A stretch of 64,000 nucleotides of DNA from Macrostomum lignano (taxonomy: Eukaryota), in the NCBI GenBank assembly GCA_002269645.1, contig NIVC01000126.1:310001-374000 (forward strand). The letters are read 5' to 3'. Under the pieces are notes generated by a model, which was given only the letters and a program-made list of their open reading frames with translations, ran no database searches and had not been told where the DNA came from. Both the position numbers and the translations under genes were made by a program. Positions within the stretch are counted from its first letter, which is position 1, and each line of letters begins with the position of its first letter. Of this stretch, positions 1 to 10,790 are shown piece after piece.

Positions 1-1197
1 AAAATATTTTATAAAGTATTTTAATGACTTTAATCTATGTAATTTTTATAATATATCCTGCATTCTTGAAAATTATCTTTTAATTATTTAGTCAGTACTT
101 ATTTAGTAGTGATTTCCTTCTTGCTGTGATACTTATTGTATATACTTTGCTAATATAGTTTTACTATATATTAAGTCCTATTGTATTTCAAATATGAATG
201 GGCCTTTTTGTGATAGGGATTGTCAAGGCTATTAGATTAGCCTAGCTTATCCACTTATTTAGTATCCCTAATAATTTTAACAGGCTCTATTATTTTGACC
301 TTGCTTGACTAGCTTTAATTAAAATTTAGTCCTATCAATATCTATATGATTTATATTTTATCTAATGACTAATGCTAACAAATAAGATCTTTGACTTTAA
401 AGATTGGAAAAAGGGTTTTTTGTAAGTACCAAGATACAATATTGCATTCAAGGTCCAATTTTAGGATGCAATTTAGATAGTCAAGATGTCATATAGCATC
501 CATGACCAAGCCTATGTTTTTTTGCTAGTACTAGGATACAAAATTGTATCAAAGATCTAATTTGAAGATGCAATTTTTTAAGCCAAGATTGCTTTAAAGA
601 ATAGCTCTTAAGAATAGCTATGGAATTTTTATTGCACAAAAAATAAACCAAGGTTAGAAAGAATTATATAATATTTTTTTTTAATTTTAGGCCCCTTACC
701 TATAATCCTATGCTAGAAATACAAACTAATTTGACAATGTATTTAATAGATAAGATCTTAATTTAATTGTTATTATTCAAGTTTGAATACAAAAAAAGCT
801 TATTGAATAAAAAACTAAAAGCTACTCAAAGCTAGAATGGCTTTTTAAAAGATTTTGGGCAAATCTTAGACTTAGGCTTAGGCTTAGGGTGGCAGGGCCT
901 ACTAATAATTTTAATAATATACTAAACCCTTGGCCTTATTTGGCAATTTTAATATTAGGCCTAGAGTTTAGCCTTTAGGTATAGATAGAGGGCCTATCTA
1001 GAAATTTTTTTTTGTGTCCATTTTTATATAGAATGACCTTTATGTACTTTAACTTGTTTGCCTATTTTTCTTTTGCTTTTTAACCTATTTTAACTTTGTA
1101 CTTCCTAGGTTAAAAATATATATATATTTGAACAATACTATGCATAGCCATATATTCTGGGTGTTGTGGGTTTCGTTACGATAATTCCGTAAATAGT

Positions 1198-1324
1198 TTT
1201 CTAGAACTTTCTACCACTTGTTATAACACTCTGTTGTTTCCAGAATCTTCTCTGCGCCTCCCCCGCGGGCTATCTATGAGAACTTTCTAGAAAGTTCTCC
1301 CACTCGCTCCCCAGGCTATAAATA
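1198..1324 (+). promoter_or_regulatory. 5' LTR promoter with three heat-shock elements and a TATA box
   Basis: Alternating nGAAn/nTTCn arrays: TTTCT-AGAAC-TTTCT (1198-1212), TTTCC-AGAAT-CTTCT (1237-1251), AGAAC-TTTCT-AGAAA-GTTCT (1279-1298). TATAAATA at 1317-1324. Confidence 0.8.
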
Positions 1325-1592
1325 GAACCCCCGCGCGGTGCATACACTCAAGCACCTTTCCAGTATTTAATAATACTGCTGTTACAAATATACGCTTATC
1401 CAGTCGACTGCCAAGTGCTCTTTTCGGCGCTATACTTACATTTACCAACACTGCAATTGGAATCTCTGTATTCGTTACTTCAAGAATACAACAGGGATTT
1501 TCTGGCGTCGCAAGCAGGATCTTGATCAACTTCGAGGACGTCTAATCTACAACGACTGTCACTATTGACCGAAGGATCAAGCTACTACAATC

Positions 1593-4500
1593 ATGCCCGA
1601 AACGATGCAAGACGAGGATATAATCAGCCTCCTACGGCAGCAGATGGAAGAAGAGCGCCAACAGCGGAACGCTGACCGGCAGATGATGCTCGACCTCATT
1701 CGGTCTCTAAAGCCTGCAGCGGACCAGTCCCAGGCTGCAGCTTTGCCGACGCATGTGACGACGTCGACTCCGAGTTTCTCGCCATTCGACGCCACGTCCG
1801 AGCTCTGGCCCGACTACTTGGCCAGATTCTGCACCTTCACGGGCGCGAACTCCATACCCGACGACAAGAAGGCTCGGGTGTTCCTGACGAACCAGTCTCC
1901 GTCTGTCTACAAGCTTCTCTCAAACTTGGCAGCGCAGCAGACGCCGCGGAAGGAGATCAACCAGCTCACTATGGACGAGATTGAGAAGTTCATGGAAGAA
2001 CAGTATGACACCAAGCGCTTCATCGTGCGGGAGCGTTTCCGGTTCTGGAGCGACATGCGGCGGAAACCGGGTGAGACGATCCAGGAACTGGCTGCGAGAA
2101 TCCGCCAGGATGCAACCACCTGCGATTTCTCTTCCATCAAAGATCCACTGGACGAGGCGCTGCGCACGCGTTTCATCTGCTCAGTGAGGAACGAAGCAGT
2201 ACTCAAAGCTTTGTTCAAATTAAAGGTGGAAGAGCTCACGTTCGCCCGGGCTGTCGAGATCGCCATCGAGACAGAGGAAGCCGCCCGAGTTGCCAAGGAG
2301 ACGGTTTACGGCGACAAATCCAGCCCCGTTAACAAGGTTAAGCAGAAGGTTCGGCGACCCGGAGCCACTTCGGCGAAATTTACGACAGATTCTACTGCTT
2401 CCAGGTCTACTACTGACTCTGCGTCTGGTTCGTGCTACCGCTGCGGAGCGAAGAACCATCGGGCAAACGATTGCCGATTCAAAGACGCGACCTGCCGGCA
2501 CTGCAAAAAGGTGGGTCACCTAGAACCTGTCTGCCGTTCCAAGGCCAAAGGATCTGCCCCTGCGGCGAACTTCAAGAAGCCAGTGAAACAGGTCGAGGAG
2601 CATGTGCTTGTACATGCTATAGCCCGAACCGAGGACGACCTGCCTAAGCTGGAGGTGTCGATCCACATCCAAGGCAAGGCTCTCGCCATCGAGGTCGACA
2701 CTGCGACAAACGGCAACTTCATCACAGAGTCATTCTGGAGGAAGCTGGGGACGCCGCCGCTCGAAGTAGCGAAGTCACGCTACGAGTCTGCCAGCCGACA
2801 CGACTTACCTATACTAGGTACCTTCGTCGGGAAAACGACATTGCCTGGCTCAGCTCCTGAGCACGACATCCAGTACATCGTCACACAGGTGCCCGGCTTG
2901 AATCTACTCGGCCGGACCGCCACGAAGCTGTTGGGAATCTCCGTCGACAAACTGCTCGGCGCTGCCAGCGCCATTCAAGAAGTCAACGCAGTGTTTGACC
3001 ACCTGTCGCCGGATGAGGCTCTTCAAAAGGCCTGCCGAAATCTTTGCGACGAATTCCCGGACCTGTGGAAGGACGAGCTGGGTTGCCTCAAGGACTTCAA
3101 GCTCGAGTTGCAGTTTAACCCGGATGCAAAGCCGGTGTTCCGGAAGGCTAGGCCTGTCCCCTTCGCCATCCGCGAGGAGCTCGAGCGCGCCTACGACGAG
3201 GGCATCAGGAGAGGCATCTGGGAGCCTACTGACTTCAATGACTACGGGACGCCCGTGGTCCCCGTGCGAAAGCCCTCGACCGGCTCAGAGCAGCCAAAAC
3301 TGCGAGTCTGCGGAGACTACTCCTGCACTATCAACCCGCAGCTGGAAGACAACCGTCACCCGCTGCCCCTCCCAGAGGAACTGCTACAGAAGCTGGGAGG
3401 CAGCTACTGCTTCTCAAAGGTAGATCTGGCCGACGCCTACAACCAGATCGAGTTGGGACCGATGAGTCAGAGGCGCCTGGCACTGAGCACCCACCGGGGT
3501 GTGCTTCTTCAGAAGCGGCTCGCTTTCGGCCCGAAGTCTGCAGTGGGTGAGTTCCAGTTCATCATGGAAATGGTAGCCGGTGATCTGCCCGGAGTCGTTT
3601 TCTACTTGGACGACTACCTGGTCGGCGGCGCAACCGCTGATGAGCATCTCGCAAACCTACGCCGGCTTTTCCAACGCCTTTCTGACAAGGGACTTTGCTG
3701 CCGACGGGAGAAGTGCAAATTCGCCATGCCCAGCATCAAGTACCTTGGCTATGTACTGTCGAAAGAAGGCATCGCCAAGGGAACCAAGGTGGATGCTGTC
3801 CGCGAAATGCCTCCACCAAAGGACGTGTCTAGCCTCCGGTCATTCCTCGGCTCGGTCCAGTTCTACGCGAAGTTTCTGCCGCCAAGCATGGCCACGATCT
3901 CCGAGCCGCTGTACCGGCTCACCAGGAGGGACACACCGTGGACCTGGAAAGACGCAGAGCAGCGGGCCTTTGACCAGATCAAGGCGGAGCTCTCGTCGGA
4001 CAACGTGCTGGTCCACTACAATGCCGACCTCCCTCTCGGGCTCTCCTGCGACGCATCCAACGTCGGGATTGGCGCCGTCCTGTTCCACCGCTACCCGGAT
4101 GGTAGCGAGCGGCCGATCGCCAACGCTTCAAAGTCTCTGACGGATGCTCAGCGCCGCTATCCTCAGATTCAGAAGGAAGCCCTTTCAATCATCTTCGGTC
4201 TGAAGAAGTTTTTCCAATACTTGTTTAACCGCAAGTTCATCCTGGTCACGGACCATAAGCCGTTGATTTCTCTATTCGGGCCCGAGAAGGAGACACCAGT
4301 GATGGCGGCAAACCGACTGGCTCGTTGGGCGAACCTGCTTCACAATTTCACCTACGAAATCGAGTACCGCCAGACGAAGAGTCACGGAAATGCGGACGCC
4401 CTGAGTCGCCTGCCAGTCGGAGGCGACCCAGACTTCGACGGGGAGGAGAGCACAGCCGACTTCGACATGGTCTGTGCGATCAAGGTCCTGAGCCTGCAGA

Positions 4501-5855
4501 TCCGGCCGGCTGACGCCTCAGCCGTAGCCAAGGAATCATCGAGGGACCCAGTCATCTCCACCGCCATGCGCTACTGTCGAGAAGGTTGGCCGCCAATCGG
4601 GCGAGACGAGGACGCTGAGCTGGCCCGCCTGCGGAAAGTCAAAGATTCGCTGTCCTGCTGCAACGGATGTCTTCTGCAGGGTTGTCGTCTTGTGATTCCT
4701 CAAAACCTTCGGAAGGAGGTGCTGAAAATCCTCCACCTCGGACACTTTGGAATGCAGAGGATGAAGCAGCTGGCCCGATCGGCAGTCTACTGGCCGAACA
4801 TCGACGATGACGTCGAGCACCTGTGCCACGGCTGCCACAGCTGTGCTGAGCACCAAAATCATCCGCCAAAGGCCGCCGTCCATCCGTGGATGATGCCTGA
4901 GAAGCCTTGGAGTCGCCTACATCTGGATCACGCAGTCAATTTCCTCGGCACCAACTGGCTAGTGCTCACGGACGCCTACTCGAAGTACCCGTGCATACAC
5001 CCGACGCAATCCATGTCAACGCGGGCAACGATCGAGCTTCTGGAAGAAGACTTCGCCCACTTCGGCTACCCTCACGCCATCGTCACAGACAATGCAGCGG
5101 CATTCATGGCTGAGGAGTTTCAAGCTTGGTGTCGCGAACACGGCATCGCGCACCTCACAGGAGCTCCGTATCATCCTGCAACAAACGGAGCGGCCGAACG
5201 ACTGGTTCAGACCTTCAAGAAGGCCCTGAAGAAATCCAGCCTGCCACCTGCCAGGGCGCTACAGCAGTTCCTGATGCAGTACCGATGGACTCCTGCGGTC
5301 AACGGCTACTCTCCGAGCGAACTCCTAAATGGCCGGCAGATCAGGACGCAGATTGATACTCTGCTGCCATCTCCAGCCCATCTCGCCCAGGATCGCCAAG
5401 TCAAGCAGGCCGAAGAGTCCAGAGCTCGGAAAAAGGTGTCTCACGTCCGAGAAGGCTACAACGTCGGAGATCCGGTCTACGCTCGCTACTACAGACCACG
5501 CCGCGAGAAGGAAGGCCGCTGGGTTCCGGCAGTGGTCACCAAGCGGCACGGCAGCCGCAGCGTTAACGTCAAGGTTGTCCCAAGCGGCCCGGTGTGGCGA
5601 CGGCACTTCGACCAGCTTCAACCGCGACACGTGTCCGCGGAAGACAGCGAGCCAGGATCACTGCCGACTCAACAAAACGAAACGGCCAGCCACCTGATGC
5701 TGCCGGCCACACCAGCGGTGGCACATCCAGGATCTCGACCCAGGCCTCCAAGATGGCGAGCGCCGGACCAAGTCCAACACCCGCCGCCTTACGGACCAGA
5801 TAATCCACGACGGTCGGCTAGGCAGCGAAAGCCACAGCTACAAATGGACTTATAG
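1593..5855 (+). CDS. Gag-Pol polyprotein, 1420 aa (Gag with two CCHC knuckles, protease, RT, RNase H, integrase)
   Basis: CYRCGAKNHRANDC and CRHCKKVGHLEPVC zinc knuckles; protease VDTA; RT YLDD; RNase H CDASNVGIGAVL; integrase HLGH...CHSC plus DDE core. Domain order PR-RT-RH-IN is Gypsy-type. Confidence 0.97.
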   Translation: MPETMQDEDIISLLRQQMEEERQQRNADRQMMLDLIRSLKPAADQSQAAALPTHVTTSTPSFSPFDATSELWPDYLARFCTFTGANSIPDDKKARVFLTNQSPSVYKLLSNLAAQQTPRKEINQLTMDEIEKFMEEQYDTKRFIVRERFRFWSDMRRKPGETIQELAARIRQDATTCDFSSIKDPLDEALRTRFICSVRNEAVLKALFKLKVEELTFARAVEIAIETEEAARVAKETVYGDKSSPVNKVKQKVRRPGATSAKFTTDSTASRSTTDSASGSCYRCGAKNHRANDCRFKDATCRHCKKVGHLEPVCRSKAKGSAPAANFKKPVKQVEEHVLVHAIARTEDDLPKLEVSIHIQGKALAIEVDTATNGNFITESFWRKLGTPPLEVAKSRYESASRHDLPILGTFVGKTTLPGSAPEHDIQYIVTQVPGLNLLGRTATKLLGISVDKLLGAASAIQEVNAVFDHLSPDEALQKACRNLCDEFPDLWKDELGCLKDFKLELQFNPDAKPVFRKARPVPFAIREELERAYDEGIRRGIWEPTDFNDYGTPVVPVRKPSTGSEQPKLRVCGDYSCTINPQLEDNRHPLPLPEELLQKLGGSYCFSKVDLADAYNQIELGPMSQRRLALSTHRGVLLQKRLAFGPKSAVGEFQFIMEMVAGDLPGVVFYLDDYLVGGATADEHLANLRRLFQRLSDKGLCCRREKCKFAMPSIKYLGYVLSKEGIAKGTKVDAVREMPPPKDVSSLRSFLGSVQFYAKFLPPSMATISEPLYRLTRRDTPWTWKDAEQRAFDQIKAELSSDNVLVHYNADLPLGLSCDASNVGIGAVLFHRYPDGSERPIANASKSLTDAQRRYPQIQKEALSIIFGLKKFFQYLFNRKFILVTDHKPLISLFGPEKETPVMAANRLARWANLLHNFTYEIEYRQTKSHGNADALSRLPVGGDPDFDGEESTADFDMVCAIKVLSLQIRPADASAVAKESSRDPVISTAMRYCREGWPPIGRDEDAELARLRKVKDSLSCCNGCLLQGCRLVIPQNLRKEVLKILHLGHFGMQRMKQLARSAVYWPNIDDDVEHLCHGCHSCAEHQNHPPKAAVHPWMMPEKPWSRLHLDHAVNFLGTNWLVLTDAYSKYPCIHPTQSMSTRATIELLEEDFAHFGYPHAIVTDNAAAFMAEEFQAWCREHGIAHLTGAPYHPATNGAAERLVQTFKKALKKSSLPPARALQQFLMQYRWTPAVNGYSPSELLNGRQIRTQIDTLLPSPAHLAQDRQVKQAEESRARKKVSHVREGYNVGDPVYARYYRPRREKEGRWVPAVVTKRHGSRSVNVKVVPSGPVWRRHFDQLQPRHVSAEDSEPGSLPTQQNETASHLMLPATPAVAHPGSRPRPPRWRAPDQVQHPPPYGPDNPRRSARQRKPQLQMDL

Positions 5856-5929
5856 ACTTTCTATCAGCTGTACTCACAGTTTTGGTGGGGAGGTGTTGTG
5901 GGTTTCGTTACGATAATTCCGTAAATAGT

Positions 5930-6056
5930 TTTCTAGAACTTTCTACCACTTGTTATAACACTCTGTTGTTTCCAGAATCTTCTCTGCGCCTCCCCCGCGG
6001 GCTATCTATGAGAACTTTCTAGAAAGTTCTCCCACTCGCTCCCCAGGCTATAAATA
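5930..6056 (+). promoter_or_regulatory. 3' LTR copy of the HSE cluster and TATA box
   Basis: Identical HSEs at 5930-5944, 5969-5983 and 6011-6030. TATAAATA at 6049-6056. Confidence 0.75.
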
Positions 6057-6497
6057 GAACCCCCGCGCGGTGCATACACTCAAGCACCTTTCCAGTATTT
6101 AATAATACTGCTGTTACAAATATACGCTTATCCAGTCGACTGCCGAGTGCTCTTTTTGGCGCTATACTTACATTTACCAACACTGCAATTGGAATCTCTG
6201 TATTTGTTACTTCAAGAATACAACACTGGGGGTACAATGTTTGCTTGTGGAAAGTTTGCTTGCAGGAATTTGCTTGCCAAACTTTGCTTGCGGGAACTTT
6301 TCTTGCCAAAGTTTGCTTGTAGGAAATTTGCTTGTCAAACTTTGCTTGCAGAATTTTGATGTCTGCTTCCTAGAAATTCACGATCACAATTGCAATGTTT
6401 TAACTTACTAAATTATTTTCTTGTCTGCTTGCTTGTTTTAAAGTGCTTATAAAGTTTATCAATCAATTATTTGTCCCCCTACTTACTATAGATGCTT

Positions 6498-8560
6498 TGC
6501 AAGTATGTATTGGTTTCCCAACAGACATTCAGAAATTGTTCAGTAAATGTTTAACAAAATTTTCTATTTAGTACAAAAGACAGTGTAAATTTTTAGACAT
6601 TTTTACGCATGTCTCTGCTTTAAAAAGACATCTCAGACACATACAAAGACGCTTTATAAGCTAAGATATTCCCTAGCAACTATTGTTACAACGTTTTCTA
6701 AAAATACTTAATGTATTATTATTCATACATGCGCAACCTCCAAAATTCGGTCGGCCATGCGACTTAGTTTTAACAAAAATGCGACGTAGTTTTTGGCCAA
6801 AAATGCGACTTACATGTAAAAAAAAACCCTAAAGCAAAATTAATGCAACTTTAGGTAAACGGCAGGAGTAACTATAACTGTGTTATTAATCCAAAATGCC
6901 TCGTCAGCTACTTAGTACTACTATTTGGTTATTTTTTCGGGTGGGCATTTTTGCGACTTCCTTGGTTGGCCGCCAAATCGGTCGGCCATATCGGCCGACT
7001 CGGCCGACTGTTGCGCATGTATGTTATTATTACAATATTATTAAGACTATTATTGAAATTATTACCATTAATAATGATAATAAGATTATTACGATTGTAT
7101 TACTGCATTCTTTTTATTACTATATATTATTATTACTGTTCTATTATTAACAGTAAAACAGGGAATCCCCTACCCCAGCTGACATTTTTGATGCGCCGAC
7201 ATGGAGCCACATGGGCATACAAAATTCAAGAACACAGGCTTACTTTTTGCTATGCACCTTCTTGAACACGAATCAAGTCGTCGCCAGCCCTCTGGACTGT
7301 CGAGATATTCAATGATTCTGCCTGGAGATGGTCGGATTTTCCCTTAAGCGCTAGTGTATTACACCCTATGCACCAATAAGCACTGCGCCTCAGTACAGCC
7401 TTGCCAAGTCTCCAAATTTCATCAGCATGTTGACCACATGTGTCTGCATCAGATTTACTTGACTTTGTTGGTCACTAGCCTTCACCCAGGCAGAGCTTCT
7501 AGACCTTCAACAAGTTGCAACAGGTGTCTACATATATATGGACACGCTGTTCAAATTTCTCAGCTAGTTTTGCTGATCAAGCCTCAACAGAGTGGGCAAG
7601 CCTCGACTGCTAGACATCCTCAGCTAGTCTCTCAAGCATTCAGTCATTACCCGGACGCCGTCGGCACCTTCAATGGATTACACTTGCTAACTATGGACAC
7701 TGTGATGCAAATATGCTAGATTTTTTATCAAGCTTCAATAATTGGCAAACCTCAACTGCTAGGCATCCTTAACTAGTTTCTCAAGCATTCTGTCATCATT
7801 TTGCCGTCATTGGCACCTTCAAGGAGACAAAACTATGACCATGGACCCCAGAAGTATGATTTATTTATTTTTAAACAAATAGTAACTTTTAAGATAGAAG
7901 ACTTGGATATTCAGTATATTGTGACTTTATCTTCATTCCACATAGAAAATTTGGTAGTTTTTAGTGCTTTCTTCTTTTCGTGAACATTCTGTTCAATTTA
8001 GTTTAATTAACAAATTACTTGTCTGTCTGAGGTGTGTGTCTGAGGTGTCTTTTTAAAGCAGAGACATGCGTAAAACAGTTGTGCAAATTTCATGCAGAAA
8101 GACCAAAGTGGGACGATGTAGCAGCTTCTCAAAAAACTACAATATACAGTATTAGGTATATTGGAAAACGGCATAACAACAGTTGCTAGGGAATATCTCA
8201 GCTTGTAAAGTGTCTTTGTGTGTGTCTGAGGTGTCTTTTTAAAGCAGAGACATGTGTAAAACAGCTGTGCAAATTTCATGCAGAAAGACCAAAGTGGGAC
8301 GATGTAGCAGCTTCTCAAAAAACTACTATATATAGTTTTTGGTATATTGGAAGATGTTATAACAATAGTTGCTAGTGAATATCTCAGCTTGTGAAGCCTC
8401 TTTGTGTGTCTGAGGTGTCTTTTTAAAGCAGACATATGTGTAAAAATGTCTAAAAATTTATATTGTCTTTTGTACTAAATAGAAAATTTTGTTAAACATT
8501 TACTGAACGATTTCTGAATGTCTGTCTGAATGTCTGTCAGGAAACCAATACATTTGCAAG
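6498..8560. mobile_element. Non-autonomous long-inverted-repeat element nested in the MULE-like element
   Basis: About 200-bp inverted repeat: 6498-6720 (ttgcaa..ggtttcccaacagacattcagaaattgttcagtaaatg..) versus about 8340-8560. The right arm has a ~185-bp unit repeated about 2.3 times (8020-8435). No TSD resolved. Confidence 0.55.
6724..7023 (+). mobile_element. hAT-type MITE, 300 bp (family 1, copy 1)
   Basis: 14-bp TIR CATACATGCGCAAC/GTTGCGCATGTATG. 8-bp TSD TTATTATT on both sides. Inverted second copy at 34102-34401. Confidence 0.88.
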
Positions 8561-10790
8561 TGGATTTTTATCAGCATCAATGTAAACTGACTTGACACTA
8601 AGCTTTCAAACTAGGCTTATAGTTTCATTCTAAGAATTTAGTATATGAAATAATGTACATTGATGTACAATATACATTCATTTGCAAAAGTCTATTCTAT
8701 ATATTTTGTAGCCTAAACTATTTAGGGCTTAATATGTGCATTGTTCAAAATTTTGTCCAATTTTCGTTGAAAATATATTCCAAGTAAAAAAACTAAATTA
8801 TTATATTTCTGCATTAGGCTTTTCAACTCTGTCATATCCTCATACAAAATCATAACAGTATAGGCCTAGGCAACTTTCACAAATCTTAGAAAATTAAAAT
8901 TAGAAATATAAAAATTCAAAAATAGGTCCTTTAAGGCTTTTACAAGAAAACTATGACTGGCAAACCTTGGATTGGCAAGCAAAATTTTTGCAAGCTAATA
9001 AGTTTGACAAGCTAAGTTCCTACAAGCAAACTTTAACCAGCTTATATTCAGCAAGCAAATATTTGCAAGCAAAATTTAGTAAGCAAAGTTTAGCAAGCAA
9101 AGTTTAGCAAGCAAAGCTCAGCAAGCAAACTTAGTCTTAGGCAAGTGAAATTCCAAAAGCAAAGTTTGGCAAGCAGACTTCAACAAGCAAAACTCCATAA
9201 TGACTACAAGCAAAACTCCATAATGACCATAAGCAAAACTCCATAACATAATGACCAAAAGCAAAGTTTGACATTTTGACAAGCAAAGCTTGGCAAGCAA
9301 AATTTGTGAGCAAAGTTTGGCATTGGCAAGCAAACTTTGGCAAGCAAATTTCTGGAAGCAAAAGTCCTGCACCTGCAAGCAAACTTTAGGGCCTAGCAAG
9401 CAAACTTCTTGCAAACAAATTTTATAGACCCATATATTCCATAGGCCCTATTATATCCTATAAATTATGATTATGATTAGGCCTAGACAATGTGCAATAA
9501 AACTGATCATTTAAGGCCTATTTTAAATCTAGGCTCAAGCCTCTACAAGCCAAGGATATTGTCAGTCAAAAAAAAGATATTTAATTACAGAATATCTAGA
9601 CTATGCCCTATGCTATGGCCCTATGCAGATTAAAAAAAACCTAATGTGCTTTTATGTTAAATGACATGGAGAGGAGATTGGCATTTTTATTTTTTAATAT
9701 AGGCTAAAACTCTTGTGTCGAAAAGTTATAGGTAAGGTAGGCCCTAGGCCTAGGCCCATGTTCCTAGCTATGTATCATATGTTAAATATCACAAGACGAT
9801 ATATACATGGAAAGGTATGTCAGACTGACTGGCAGGAAACGACATTGTCGACATATATGATAAGCCTAGATCAGGTGAAAATAAAGAATTTACGAAATTT
9901 TAGGCATCCCTATGTAGTTAGACAGAGCATGAGAGCGAGCTTCGGTTCATAAAATATCTGCAATTACCATGATTCGCATGATTGGTTGTGTTTGCGCAAA
10001 TACTGCAGAGATCGATCGATCGATCGGAGTCAAGGCCCGCGCGCGCCGCGCGCCGCGTACATCGCCGATTAAGTTTACCTATTTAAAAATGACACAATTT
10101 TAAGCGAAAACAAGCAAAAATTATCGAATTATTTACTTTCTAACGATTTCCTTGCCGTGCTGTTATATTGTTATAAATTTATTTATCTGTAATGTACGAC
10201 GTAAAATTTTTTGTAACACAATTATACTTTATTGAAATTATCAGTTTCTTATCCTTTAAACGACGGAGCAAGGACGACTCGGTAACCGGTCGTTTTGCCC
10301 ATAAACTGTTTCGGCCATGGACATTTCGCCCACATACCGTTTCGCCCACAAAACGTTTCGGCCATGGACCGTTTCGCCTCCAATTTGGACCAGGGTTGAA
10401 ATGAACAAAGTCATGAGCTGAGAGTATGCGAGATGAGACAAAAGTGTCAAGAGCACTGACAACCAACGATACGATTTATTATAAGCGAGGTTCAATAGTA
10501 GCCACCCCCCACTCCAGGGGCTAAAACACCAACAATCCAAATATACTAAATCTCTAAGGTTTGCATGTCCATAACGCTCTAGTCCAAATATTTCTGGCCT
10601 AATACCTTGCCTTGTAACGTCCTTTTCAAAGGAATGACTTTAAAAAACTTGTAATACTTCACAATCGTAATAAACAAAATCGCAATAACGCAATAACACA
10701 ATTGTTGTGGCAACAATTCAGATCATATTTTATTACACATTAAAACTAAAAATTAGCATTGAAAAAATAAAAAACAAAGATACATGTACA

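Larger units (their letters stand above)
1162..6225 (+). mobile_element. Full-length Ty3/Gypsy (Mag-like) LTR retrotransposon, element 1
   Basis: 332-bp LTRs at 1162-1493 and 5894-6225 (TGT...ACA, 3 mismatches). TSD CTGGG at 1157-1161 and 6226-6230. PBS TGGCGTCGCAAGCAGGAT at 1503-1520. PPT GGTGGGGAGG just before 5894. Single gag-pol ORF. Confidence 0.97.
1159..9431. mobile_element. Non-autonomous MULE/Mutator-like TIR element (about 3.2 kb once the nested Gypsy is removed)
   Basis: With the Gypsy removed, the left end reads GGGGGTACAATGTTTGCTTG. The reverse complement of the right end (ending 9431) reads GGGTCTATAAAATTTGTTTG, in ungapped register. 9-bp flanks are ATATATTCT (1150-1158) and ATATATTCC (9432-9440). 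Inverted subterminal arrays of TTTGCTTG (6236-6375) and CAAGCAAA (8960-9420). No transposase ORF. Confidence 0.7.

Noticed and set aside
2690-2720. Protease motif DTA instead of DTG in Gypsy element 1 as a sign of inactivity
   Set aside because: The catalytic Asp is retained and D-T/S-A variants occur in retroelement proteases. This is not evidence of decay.
1907-5808. Short overlapping and antisense ORFs in Gypsy element 1 (and 40452-44376 in element 2)
   Set aside because: These are shadow frames of GC-rich gag-pol coding sequence with no independent motifs.
9960-10080. (GATC)n and CG-rich patch GCGCGCGCCGCGCGCCGCG
   Set aside because: A short low-complexity patch with no adjacent gene or matching element end.
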